The notes under the pieces were generated by a model. The model searched no databases. It saw only the letters and a list, made by a program, of their open reading frames with translations, and was not told where the DNA came from. A stretch of 60,606 bases of DNA, taken from contig CAZVGK010000005.1 in assembly GCA_964626665.1 (NCBI GenBank), positions 60,069 to 120,674 of the forward strand, written 5' to 3'. This document shows, piece by piece, positions 1 through 9,710 of this stretch (its first letter is position 1; every line of letters begins with the position of its first letter). The stretch comes from an uncultured Gemmatimonadota bacterium. Lineage in GTDB: Bacteria > SM23-81 > DAOVCL01. The translations under genes were made by a program, and so were the position numbers.

Positions 1-466
1 TGGTTTTTCCTGTAGTTCATTTTTAATTCTACATTCTCAATTCTTAATTTCCCGCGCAGCGGGATAGCTTCAATCCTTGTTTTAATGGATGTTCCTTACT
101 CACCAGAAAGAGAATTGAGAATTATGAATTGAGAATTAAGAATTATGTTGATTGAGTTTGATGGTTTTTCCTGTAGTTCATTTTTAATTCTACATTCTCA
201 ATTCTTAATTTCCCGCTGCAAGCGGGACAGTTTCAATCCTTGTTTTAATGGATGTTCCTCACGCACCCTCCTGTTATTTCTACAACTTTCTCCGGATTCC
301 TCACGTTTCAATCCTTGTTTTAATGGATGTTCCTCACGCACAGGAAAGAAAATTGAGAATTATGAATTGAGAATTATGTGACGCTTAGCTTACTTAATGG
401 TTTTCCCTGGCAGTTCATTTTTAATTCTACATTCTTAATTCTTAATTTCCCGCTGCAAGCGGGACA
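1..466. repeat. Three copies (1-66 partial, 104-229, 342-466) of a ~125-bp element with inverted AATTGAG/AATTATG/AATTAAG heptamer arms and a terminal TCCCGC-N-GCGGGA palindrome, located between CRISPR repeats
   Basis: 1-66 is nearly identical to 162-229, and 342-466 is a diverged copy. The left arm matches the reverse complement of the right arm (AATTCTACATTCTCAATTCTTAATT). Confidence 0.9.
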
Positions 467-2067
467 GCTTCAATCCTTGTTTTAATGGATGTTCCTCACG
501 CACTTTCCCGCAAAAATCTAGGCCCCTTACTGCGTTATATGGATGTTTCAATCCTTGTTTTAATGGATGTTCCTCACGCACCTCTACCTCTTTTCATCTG
601 GTAGAGAATACCTTTGTTTCAATCCTTGTTTTAATGGATGTTCCTCACGCACCTTGTCTCTGCTCTTAGAGACCGTGTCATCCCAAATATCCGTTTCAAT
701 CCTTGTTTTAATGGATGTTCCTCACGCACATCAACATTGATGAAGGCAAGAATAGCACCTTGGGCATGTTTCAATCCTTGTTTTAATGGATGTTCCTCAC
801 GCACATCAACATTGATGAAGGCAAGAATAGCACCTTGGGCATGTTTCAATCCTTGTTTTAATGGATGTTCCTCACGCACTATTGAGAAACTGGTTATGAA
901 GTTGAAAGTTGATGGTGTTTCAATCCTTGTTTTAATGGATGTTCCTCACGCACACCTCTAAAAAACCTAACCCACAGGTCAAGGAATTTCTGTTTCAATC
1001 CTTGTTTTAATGGATGTTCCTCACGCACTTGTGGCTTTCTACGGCAAGAATAATGCTACCGATTTATGTTTCAATCCTTGTTTTAATGGATGTTCCTCAC
1101 GCACTCCCTCTCTTCCACGGGATGGGATCATATTCCTTACGAAGTGTTTCAATCCTTGTTTTAATGGATGTTCCTCACGCACCTGACGGAATCCACATTT
1201 GGTGGGCACGGCGAAACAAGGTTTCAATCCTTGTTTTAATGGATGTTCCTCACGCACTTTAAGGATGGCATTTCAGTAGGGATTACCGATGAAGTTTCAA
1301 TCCTTGTTTTAATGGATGTTCCTCACGCACCTTCACTGGGATGACATCTTGGGCCGACATTACCCAGTTTCAATCCTTGTTTTAATGGATGTTCCTCACG
1401 CACTTTATTGGGCGCACTGTGATGATTTGGCCCTAATTTAGTTTCAATCCTTGTTTTAATGGATGTTCCTCACGCACTTATTGAAAGTAAAGGGAAATAG
1501 CCTATGCTTGCTAAAGTGTTTCAATCCTTGTTTTAATGGATGTTCCTCACGCACCTCAAGCGGCCTACAACACAGTGCTTGATTGTCGGTTTCAATCCTT
1601 GTTTTAATGGATGTTCCTCACGCACCCGTGGGGGTGGGGATTCTCGGCTGCAGATTTCGTGGTTTCAATCCTTGTTTTAATGGATGTTCCTCACGCACTC
1701 TTCATCGATGAGCCCACACAAAAGACTAACCAACGTTTCAATCCTTGTTTTAATGGATGTTCCTCACGCACCACATTGCCCCCAACGAGCCAGCAGGTAA
1801 GGTTGTAGGGTTTCAATCCTTGTTTTAATGGATGTTCCTCACGCACGTCAATATGGTCAAGGATGTATTTCACCTTACAGGGTTTCAATCCTTGTTTTAA
1901 TGGATGTTCCTCACGCACCTGCGATAATAATATGCTTTTGATCTGTCCTCGAAATAGTTTCAATCCTTGTTTTAATGGATGTTCCTCACGCACAATATTA
2001 GAGCTGGAGAGACAGATAGAGGTTTTACGGGTTTCAATCCTTGTTTTAATGGATGTTCCTCACGCAC
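67..2067 (-). CRISPR. CRISPR array: 25 repeats of 37 bp (plus strand GTTTCAATCCTTGTTTTAATGGATGTTCCTCACGCAC), 22 normal spacers of 34-41 bp and two ~125-bp atypical inserts; probably continues beyond the left edge
   Basis: Repeats start at 67 (degenerate), 230, 305, 467 (GC variant), 545, 616, 693, 768, 843, 917, 992, 1068, 1146, 1221, 1294, 1367, 1441, 1518, 1589, 1662, 1735, 1810, 1882, 1957 and 2031. The minus-strand repeat ends ATTGAAAC and degenerate repeats lie at the left end, so transcription is inferred right to left. Confidence 0.98.
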
Positions 2068-2241
2068 AGCTTTTTCGCTGTAACTTCAAAAAATATAGGG
2101 ACTTGATTCACCTTTCTCAACAGGTTAAATGGCCAATTTTCTGGGTCAAATGGGCCCAAATTACCCCCCTTTTGACTTCCCTTTACATATAATCTACCAA
2201 TGTAACTGATAACAATCCAAGTAGTTAACATTTCTCTGGCT
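2068..2241 (-). promoter_or_regulatory. CRISPR leader
   Basis: AT-rich non-coding stretch between the cas4 stop and the non-degenerate end of the array. Confidence 0.75.
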
Positions 2242-2826
2242 TCAAACACAGATATTTTTGTAACAGCAGTCTATACATTTCGCTCTGTTTCTGGTCTTCT
2301 TCGGATAATATCCATTTTGCACTATTTTTAATATTTCCTCAACTACCCTCAGGGCATTATCAAAATCAGAGGATTTGAACACAACTTCCCGCAAGAGGTT
2401 ATTAGAGCGGACATAGACTAAGAATCCTTTTTCTACTGACTTCCCATAATTCTCCTGAATTAGCAGAGCCTCTAAGGTCAACTGCGTCCTATGGGTTTTG
2501 AAAACATAGGGCCTATATTCAGCGAACTTATACTCTAATGGAGCCATTGTCCCATCAGAGAGGGATAGAACCTCATCTACTATTCCTCGGATTTTATGTT
2601 TAGGACTGGAGAGGTATACAGAAATTTCCTTGTCAATACATCCAATTTTCTTTCGCACATACTCCCGGTTAACCCTCGTTTTCCTTTCATGCACCTCTCT
2701 GCCTATAAGCACCTTGTAACGCAATTCTTGGTGTTCCGGAATCATCAGCACCTGCTCAAAGTAGATAAACCTTGGGCAGAAAAGATACTCTATAACCTCA
2801 GTTGGTGTGACAGAAACATTATTCAT
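2242..2826 (-). CDS. cas4: CRISPR-associated exonuclease Cas4
   Basis: N-terminal YLFCPR, RecB-type GIVD...PLEYK motif, C-terminal CxxCCYxxxC Fe-S cysteines. Confidence 0.95.
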   Translation of the reverse strand: MNNVSVTPTEVIEYLFCPRFIYFEQVLMIPEHQELRYKVLIGREVHERKTRVNREYVRKKIGCIDKEISVYLSSPKHKIRGIVDEVLSLSDGTMAPLEYKFAEYRPYVFKTHRTQLTLEALLIQENYGKSVEKGFLVYVRSNNLLREVVFKSSDFDNALRVVEEILKIVQNGYYPKKTRNRAKCIDCCYKNICV

Positions 2827-2827
2827 A

Positions 2828-2884
2828 AGGAAAAGTGATGAGCAAGGAGCAATGAGTAATGTGCAATGAGCGAAGAGTAGTGAG
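2828..2884. repeat. Heptamer tandem repeats (GAGCAAG/GAGCAAT/GAGTAAT/GAGCGAA), downstream arm of four-helix-bundle cassette 1
   Basis: Inverted relative to 3335-3393; about 49 nt align. Confidence 0.9.
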
Positions 2885-2931
2885 TTTAGGCTAATCTAGG
2901 TTCTGGATAAACGGCTAAATTAATTCCCTTC

Positions 2932-3348
2932 TCACTCCTTGTCTTTTACACCTCCCTTCCGAGATCGAATTAAACCAGAAAGCATTCGGCTGACCTCTGC
3001 TAAGTTCCCATTGAGTACCTCAAACTTTTTCTCATCAAAATAACCAAGCCGGCGACAGATCTCAAATTGTGTATCCAACTCACTCACCGAACCTCTGGCA
3101 ATAATCCAGAACTGCATCTTCTCCTTTGATGATCTTCGGGCACATCCCTCTGCGATATTACTCGGAATGGAAACCACGGCCCTTTGTATCTGTGAAATGA
3201 GGTTGTACTGCTCACTTTTTGGAAAGGTCTTCAGTGTCTTATAGACGTTTACAACCAGATCAACACTTTTTTGCCATATCACCAACCTTCGATGTGGCCT
3301 TTCCTCTGCTATTTGCCTACCCACAATTCTTTTTCCTTCGCTCATCAC
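2932..3348 (-). CDS. Four helix bundle protein (23S rRNA-intervening sequence protein family) #1
   Basis: L-x-x-WQKS...FPKSEQYNLISQIQRAVVSIPSNIAEG...ARGSVSELDTQ signature. Confidence 0.93.
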   Translation of the reverse strand: MMSEGKRIVGRQIAEERPHRRLVIWQKSVDLVVNVYKTLKTFPKSEQYNLISQIQRAVVSIPSNIAEGCARRSSKEKMQFWIIARGSVSELDTQFEICRRLGYFDEKKFEVLNGNLAEVSRMLSGLIRSRKGGVKDKE

Positions 3349-3390
3349 TCCTTGCTCCTTGCTCCTTGCTCATTATTCTTCCCTCTTCGC

Positions 3391-3393
<3 letters not shown>
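3335..3393. repeat. Heptamer tandem repeats (CTTGCTC)n, upstream arm of cassette 1; contains the cas2 stop codon
   Basis: Minus strand reads TGAGCGAA GAGGGAA GAATAAT GAGCAAG GAGCAAG GAGCAAG GAGTGAT GAGCGAA. Confidence 0.9.
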
Positions 3394-4138
<745 letters not shown>

Positions 4139-4175
4139 CTCTTTTGTCTCTCGTTTTTCATCTCTCGTCTTTCCT
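4139..4175. repeat. Heptamer repeats (minus strand AAAGACG AGAGATG AAAAACG AGAGACA), upstream arm of cassette 2; encodes the last cas1 codons and stop
   Basis: cas1 ends AGG AAA GAC GAG AGA TGA within the repeats. Confidence 0.85.
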
Positions 4176-5138
4176 AAGAATTTCATTAGCAAGGCTGTGG
4201 CACTCAAATTGAATTGTGTCCTTTTGGAGGATGTTCCTTCTCCGATAACGCACCTTTGTCTCTAACCTTTTGTTGAAGGCCGAGATAAGGACCTTTTTCC
4301 CCTCCTGGTTTAGGGTGATCCCATTCTTAATCTGGTTGAAGTGTTGCCTTTTCACCTCCCCTTTGCTGAAGAGGTAGAAGGTCGTCTTCTCCCCTAAGAT
4401 GCGGAAGGGTTCAATCAGGTCGAAGACCAGGGATTTCTTGTTATAGTTGTCGGTGTGGAGAAAACCGATATAGGGGTCCAATCCGGCCAGAATACAGGCT
4501 TTTTCCACCATTGAATAGAGAATCCCATAGCTATAGTTCAGCATTGCATTGAAGCCATCCTTGGCTGGCCGTTTGCTGCGTCCCTTGAATTTCCAGGCCT
4601 TGGGAATGAGATACGCCAGCGCTGTAAAATAGCTGCGTCCGGCACTTCCTTCGATCCCCATCAGGTTTCCCCTCTTCTCCCCCAAAGTTCCAGAGAGCCC
4701 TTTGACCTTCTCCTGGGCCACTCTCAAGCTCTTCAGGTAGGTTTCTATCTTCTCCGCCTTGGGTTCCCGGTGGCGCTTGAGGTCTTCCAGAAGCTGAATC
4801 TGGTTTTCTATCTTTCTCTCAATCCAGTCTGTTACTAAACTTAAGCCTTCCTCAGTTTCGGAGATCTCCAGTTGTCGCCTTCTGATTCTGGTGGTGGAGC
4901 CAAGCTTGGACTGCCAGACCCTGCCATAAGGGTTGCCAAAGCGGTCCAAGAAGACCACATCTATGTTGTGGTTCATTGCCAGTTCGATGGCATCAGAGGA
5001 AAAAGCAGCATAGGTGGTCACCAGGATGGACTGAACCTTGTGGACGGAGACCAGGCTCTTCTCATCGCCTACCTTTACCTGAAAGCAATCACCAGACTTG
5101 GACAGGTAAGCCCCGGGGGTATTCAGGACAAGTTGCAT
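4158..5138 (-). CDS. cas1: CRISPR-associated integrase Cas1
   Basis: LMGIEGSAGRSYF, NAMLNYSYGILY, GLDPYIGFLH, SLVFDLIEPFR motifs. Confidence 0.97.
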   Translation of the reverse strand: MQLVLNTPGAYLSKSGDCFQVKVGDEKSLVSVHKVQSILVTTYAAFSSDAIELAMNHNIDVVFLDRFGNPYGRVWQSKLGSTTRIRRRQLEISETEEGLSLVTDWIERKIENQIQLLEDLKRHREPKAEKIETYLKSLRVAQEKVKGLSGTLGEKRGNLMGIEGSAGRSYFTALAYLIPKAWKFKGRSKRPAKDGFNAMLNYSYGILYSMVEKACILAGLDPYIGFLHTDNYNKKSLVFDLIEPFRILGEKTTFYLFSKGEVKRQHFNQIKNGITLNQEGKKVLISAFNKRLETKVRYRRRNILQKDTIQFECHSLANEILRKDER

Positions 5139-5338
5139 TTTATTCCAGGTTATGTGTTAAGAAACCACGAGATTTCACAAGATTATCACCAGATATTCAA
5201 AATAAAGAGCTTTCAAAAATTGAGTTTAACCCCCTTTTTCACCTAAGAGGAGATAAAAAACAAAAGAGAGATGAAGTAAACCGATTAGTTAAAAATCTTT
5301 AAACTTTGCGACTTTGCGGTGAATTCTTTAGTTTGGGT

Positions 5339-5890
5339 TTATTCCTTAAGCACTTTCATCAGTCTATTCCAGATGGCCATATCTTCAGCCTCATCCGATA
5401 TTTTCTGTGCCCAAGACTCCAAATACTTCCTATCTAACCTCCCCTTATGTCTTAAGGCTATCCCTTCAGCATCAATCAAATCCCTGGGGCGAGCGGGAAT
5501 TATCTTGAGTAGCAAAAGGTCTTCCTTAGAGGGGAGAAATACATCCTTATCAAAGATTTCTACCGAGACCTTTCTCTCTAAGGCGCTCCTTTCAAGTTCA
5601 GTGGAGGCAATCAAAAGGTCAAGATGAAGATCATCAAGAAAGAGTCTGAATACCCCTCTTTCCTTGGCCTCGGATAAGATCACCTTTCTATCAAAACTAA
5701 ATCCCATCTCTTCTGCTCTGGCGAGGAATGACCCCAGTTCGGGCTTCTTAATGAAGATTATAATATCAACATCCTGGGTGAATCTCGGTTCCCCAAAGAC
5801 ACCAACGGCGATTCCGCCGATAATTAAATACTCAACCTTGGCTTCCTCTATCAATTCAATGCAGCTTCTGAAATAATCCCTAAACTCCAT
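5339..5890 (-). CDS. Nucleotidyltransferase-fold protein (DUF6036/AbiEii-like)
   Basis: YLIIGGIAV...GEPRFTQDVDI motif; EDLLLLK...RPRDLID C-terminal motif. Confidence 0.8.
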   Translation of the reverse strand: MEFRDYFRSCIELIEEAKVEYLIIGGIAVGVFGEPRFTQDVDIIIFIKKPELGSFLARAEEMGFSFDRKVILSEAKERGVFRLFLDDLHLDLLIASTELERSALERKVSVEIFDKDVFLPSKEDLLLLKIIPARPRDLIDAEGIALRHKGRLDRKYLESWAQKISDEAEDMAIWNRLMKVLKE

Positions 5891-6062
5891 TCTTTGTAAA
5901 CTCCTTCTTTATTCTCCTAAATTCCCTATCCAATCCTGAATTGAGAAGAAACTCCATTATCTTTATGCCCTCTTCTATCTTCAACCTCTGCAAATGTTTT
6001 ACCCTTTCCGCCTCTAACCTCTCAAACCTGGTTTTATCCCACAAGCTAAAATCTTTTTTCAT
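5880..6062 (-). CDS. Small hypothetical protein, possible antitoxin-like partner of the nucleotidyltransferase
   Basis: 60 aa, GAGGGTG SD-like sequence, overlaps the start of the nucleotidyltransferase gene. Confidence 0.6.
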   Translation of the reverse strand: MKKDFSLWDKTRFERLEAERVKHLQRLKIEEGIKIMEFLLNSGLDREFRRIKKEFTKNGV

Positions 6063-6109
6063 CTTAACACCCTCTTTTGATTCCTTTTTCTGGAATCCGT
6101 GCTCTGGAT

Positions 6110-6160
6110 TAAAGACTGTTTAAGCCGTTCAAACAGGTAAAGCCGTTTAAACGGTTTAAG
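6110..6160. repeat. Nonamer repeats (CCGTTTAAA/CGGTTTAAG type), downstream arm of cassette 3
   Basis: Same self-complementary 9-mer family as 6609-6670. Confidence 0.8.
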
Positions 6161-6604
6161 TAGATTTTTTGGGTGGACTCTTCAACATCTCGGTTACCTC
6201 TTCTCTCATAGACTTATAGTGCTTTTTATACTTTTGGCCCTTGAATCTGCTCTTTTTCAAGTAATTGATGAAATTGTGTATGGTGATAGACAATTTCTTG
6301 AATGATTCGAGGAGCACATTGAACTCTTTTTCGGTTATCCCTGATCGTAGGCGATATGAAGTTGGCACCTGGCCTCACCATAGGAAGCTTTGGCAATGAA
6401 TAGAAACTGGATGAATTCCTGGTTTCCTCCCCGCTCAAATCCCTCAGCTATGTTGGACATAACCGAGACTGAAGCCCTTCTTATCTGGTCAACAAGGCCG
6501 AAGTCTTTGGAAAAGGCATCCTTACGGGTAAGGGAGTAAACTCTATTGGTAACTTCTCTGGCCAATTTCCAGATTTCCAAATCTTCAAAGTATTTGACAG
6601 TCAT
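6156..6604 (-). pseudogene. Four helix bundle protein #3, frameshifted at about 6337
   Basis: FEDLEIWKLAR...QIRRASVSVMSNIAEGFERGGNQEFIQFLFIAK...AYDQG stops at TAA 6335-6337; the expected continuation ITEKEF...FINYLKKS lies in the -1 frame (ORF 6156..6368). Confidence 0.85.
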
Positions 6605-6608
6605 CTCT

Positions 6609-6670
6609 TAACCGTTTAAACGGTTTAAACGGTTCAAACAGTTTAACCCGTTCAAGCGGTTTGAACGGTT
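6609..6670. repeat. Nonamer repeats (CGGTTTAAA/CGGTTCAAA type), upstream arm of cassette 3
   Basis: accgtttaaacggtttaaacggttcaaacagtttaacccgttcaagcggtttgaacggtt. Confidence 0.85.
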
Positions 6671-6925
6671 GGTTATTGGTTGATCTTTCAGAATTTCCAG
6701 AATGGATTGCTGTTCTTCTGTGAGGATGATTTCCTTTAGTTCATTTTGGCCTATGTGGCCAAATAACCTGCGGGTCGCCTCCAAAGAGCCATACTACAAA
6801 ATCCTCAGCTAATAAACTTCTTACTCCTGCCCTGGGAAAGATATTTGAAACTCGTTAGCCACCGAGAACAACTGAAATTCTAAGGTGCATTTTAAATTTT
6901 CGGTGTCATTCGGTGTTTTGTTGGA

Positions 6926-7363
6926 TTAGCTTCTCTTGAGCTGCTCCCTCAGCTCGCGGGCAAGCCTTTCGGCTTCTTTTGCACTTGGAGAGGGCCGCAT
7001 TTCCAATAGGCCATAAACGAGCTTCAACTCCTTTCCGCAGGCACCACATTTGGCAAACAGGGTCAGCCCGGCCATTTGTTTACTATCCACTTTCCCGCCG
7101 TATGCTCCAAGTAGATATTCGGTGGGGTCATCTATTTCAAGCGGTGGAGCCACTTTACCGCAGTAAGGACAGGTCAGGGCCGCCCAGGTCTCATCATCAT
7201 AGGCATGCTGAACCCCATCTTCTTCCAAGCTCATCTCGCCCAATCTTAAGGCTAAATCCCTCTTGGGAACTCCTAACTTTTTAGCCAACTTCGATAGTTC
7301 CGGCCCTGCTTCCATCTGGGCTTCCCATATCTCCTGGTCAGAATAATCATCTATCCTCTTCAT
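6926..7363 (-). CDS. Hypothetical protein with a possible N-terminal HTH and a zinc ribbon (CPYC...CGAC); start re-assigned to 7363
   Basis: TAAGGAGG SD upstream of ATG 7363; two CxxC pairs; LSKLAKKLGVPKRDLALRL is HTH-like. Confidence 0.7.
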   Translation of the reverse strand: MKRIDDYSDQEIWEAQMEAGPELSKLAKKLGVPKRDLALRLGEMSLEEDGVQHAYDDETWAALTCPYCGKVAPPLEIDDPTEYLLGAYGGKVDSKQMAGLTLFAKCGACGKELKLVYGLLEMRPSPSAKEAERLARELREQLKRS

Positions 7364-7475
7364 ACTCACAACCCTCCTTATTTTTAGCTTTTTTCCTCCC
7401 CTTTCGGCTTTGTTTTTGAGCTTTCCATCCTCACCACCGTCCCAAACCCGCGGGAGACAGATTTGACCAGATTGG

Positions 7476-9710
7476 CTAGATAAACCAAACACCTGAAGGG
7501 TTATTTTGTTTCAATCTTGCTCCAAATTGACTATCATATTCCACATCGCAAAAAAGAATGCCTTTTTCTTCTTCTTTGTTTTTGAGGACATACCAGAGAG
7601 GTAATTTAACCTCATACCATCGGCGTTCTGCTGGTTTCAATTTAAGGACCTCATCCTTAAAGCAGGTGGGAATTACAGAGGCCGTTTCGTATCTGACCTG
7701 TCGTGTGACTTCTTGTTTTTCTTCTGCTATTCGGCTGTCAAATATGGCCATTCGCTTCTTTTGACTTTTTGCATATTGGCTTATTGCCTCTTGATAACTT
7801 TCCAAATTTTCAATCGGGTATCCTTGATAGACCATTTCTGTCAAATTAATTAGGTCTTGCTCGGACATTTCCTTGGGTGCCTTATAAAATGCCTTAAAAG
7901 ATCGGTCAAGTAAATTAGGATCATTTATGGGATTATATATTTTGTTAGCTTTGTCCGAAGCCTTGAAAATGTAGACGCGACTATCCCTCTTTGGATCACG
8001 GTAACGATTTACCCGTCCAGCCCGTTGAGCAATAGCATCAGGTGGAGCACATTCCGTGAAGAGCCAATCAAAATCTATATCTAAGGATACCTCTAGTACC
8101 TGGGTAGCTACGGCAAAATGAGCCTTCTCAATCTCTTCCTCAATTGATTTTCGATCCTTCAGGATAAACCGACTATGATAGCAGATCGGCTCAAGATGAG
8201 AAAACTGCTCGGCCAGTTCCTGGCACTGCTCTACAGTGTTTACCACCACTAATACTCGCCTGCCCTCCTGAACTGCTCTTTCAATCTCATTAGTTGCTTC
8301 CCTAATCTGTCGAACCTCCACAAAATAGCGGCTGCGCTTTGCACTGAGCAAAGTTTCTTCTCGTACTACCTCGACCTCCTTCAACTCCTGTTGAAAAAGT
8401 CCTATCAGTGAGCTGGGCAAGGTAGCGCTCATAAGGAGAGATCGAGCACCTAAATGGACAAAGTGCCTGATGGATGAAACAATAAGTCCCAATGTCCAAC
8501 CATCGTAAGCGTGAATTTCATCCAATATGATCACGCTGTTGGCTGCATTTATCTCTTTAACCGCCCACCGGCCAGCATTAAAGCCTATTGTTAAGAGTTG
8601 ATCAACCGTGCCCACTGTAACAGGGTTGATAAATGATCGGTCAAAAAGGATTCCCCGACGATTTTCCCAGATATCTGCCTCATCTTCTAAAAACAGATTA
8701 GCAGTGGAATGGGTTAGGCCTACATTCCTTTTGCCAAACAAGTTACAGAGTCGCTTCCACATATTGTTAGCTGTGACCATAGTAGGCAAAAGATAGATGA
8801 TTTTTGCGCCACCCATCTGGTTAGCATTATTGATTGCCCAGAGGAGAGAAGCTTCTGTCTTGCCACTTCCTGTTGGAGCGACGGCGATCAAATGGCCCAA
8901 ATGGTCTCCTACGGTCTTTTGGAATGTTCGCAGTCCCGAAAAAGAAATCCTTCTTTCCTGGCACCGTCTCTTTAAATTTTCTACTACTGACTGAGGAGAT
9001 TCCTTTACTCGGTAATTAACTTGTGTCTTGCCCGAGCCGTGCCAGTCAGCGTAGTGCAAAATTCCCTTAAGAAGAGCATAGAGAATCCGAGTTCGCTCTA
9101 TATCTTCTTTCTCTAACAGCTTGCTAAGGGCACCATCCCAGCCAATCAGGCCTGACAATGAGCGGTAAGGGTCTTTTCTCTCTAATCCTTCTGGCAATTT
9201 GGGAAAGTTCCATTTCTCACGATGGAAGATACCCTCTGCCTCCCTTATAGCCTCCTTTAGTCCAGCAGGAATAAAATGCGGGGAATCAGCAAGACCCTCT
9301 CGCCCAAATGATCCCAGATCGGTATCCAGTGATTTATGATGTCCAACTACGGCTAAGGCCTCTAAGGGGATATTTGATAGAAAAGCTGATTGGTTTAGGA
9401 GATGCCATGCAGTAGCAGCAAAGACAAAAGAAGCCAATTCATGCCGATAGTTTCTTCGGAAATCAAACCTTTCGCCTTTGCGTTTTGCCTTCATCATTTG
9501 CTGAAAGGGTTCTATCATCTTGCCAATATCGTGCAAAGCAACCGTTAAAAGAGACCCTTGCAAGAATCTGTCTACAGAGAAGTTATACCTTTCCGCCAAT
9601 CTTTCAATAAGAGCCTTTTTGGCTATAACGGTCTCTTTCCAAGCAGCATATACAGCCTCAAGATGCTCATGATAGGTTTGATCTGGCTTGGCATAAAATA
9701 TCGCACTCAC
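7476..9710 (-). CDS. cas3: CRISPR-associated HD nuclease/helicase Cas3
   Basis: HDIGK HD domain, APTGSGKT Walker A, DEIH, SAT, QRAGRVNR motifs. Confidence 0.97.
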   Translation of the reverse strand: MSAIFYAKPDQTYHEHLEAVYAAWKETVIAKKALIERLAERYNFSVDRFLQGSLLTVALHDIGKMIEPFQQMMKAKRKGERFDFRRNYRHELASFVFAATAWHLLNQSAFLSNIPLEALAVVGHHKSLDTDLGSFGREGLADSPHFIPAGLKEAIREAEGIFHREKWNFPKLPEGLERKDPYRSLSGLIGWDGALSKLLEKEDIERTRILYALLKGILHYADWHGSGKTQVNYRVKESPQSVVENLKRRCQERRISFSGLRTFQKTVGDHLGHLIAVAPTGSGKTEASLLWAINNANQMGGAKIIYLLPTMVTANNMWKRLCNLFGKRNVGLTHSTANLFLEDEADIWENRRGILFDRSFINPVTVGTVDQLLTIGFNAGRWAVKEINAANSVIILDEIHAYDGWTLGLIVSSIRHFVHLGARSLLMSATLPSSLIGLFQQELKEVEVVREETLLSAKRSRYFVEVRQIREATNEIERAVQEGRRVLVVVNTVEQCQELAEQFSHLEPICYHSRFILKDRKSIEEEIEKAHFAVATQVLEVSLDIDFDWLFTECAPPDAIAQRAGRVNRYRDPKRDSRVYIFKASDKANKIYNPINDPNLLDRSFKAFYKAPKEMSEQDLINLTEMVYQGYPIENLESYQEAISQYAKSQKKRMAIFDSRIAEEKQEVTRQVRYETASVIPTCFKDEVLKLKPAERRWYEVKLPLWYVLKNKEEEKGILFCDVEYDSQFGARLKQNNPSGVWFI

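Noticed and set aside
504-2030. Self-targeting spacers
   Set aside because: No match to window genes noticed by eye; an exhaustive alignment was not possible, so nothing is claimed.
145-2249. Multiple ORFs over the CRISPR array (VREEHPLKQGLK and FNPCFNGCSSR repeats)
   Set aside because: Translations of the CRISPR repeat, not genes.
6608-6870. Coding-like remnant on the minus strand (FPRAGVRSLLAEDFVVWLFGGDPQVIWPH / LKEIILTEEQQSILEILK)
   Set aside because: No clear start, split across frames, family not recognised; cannot support a call.
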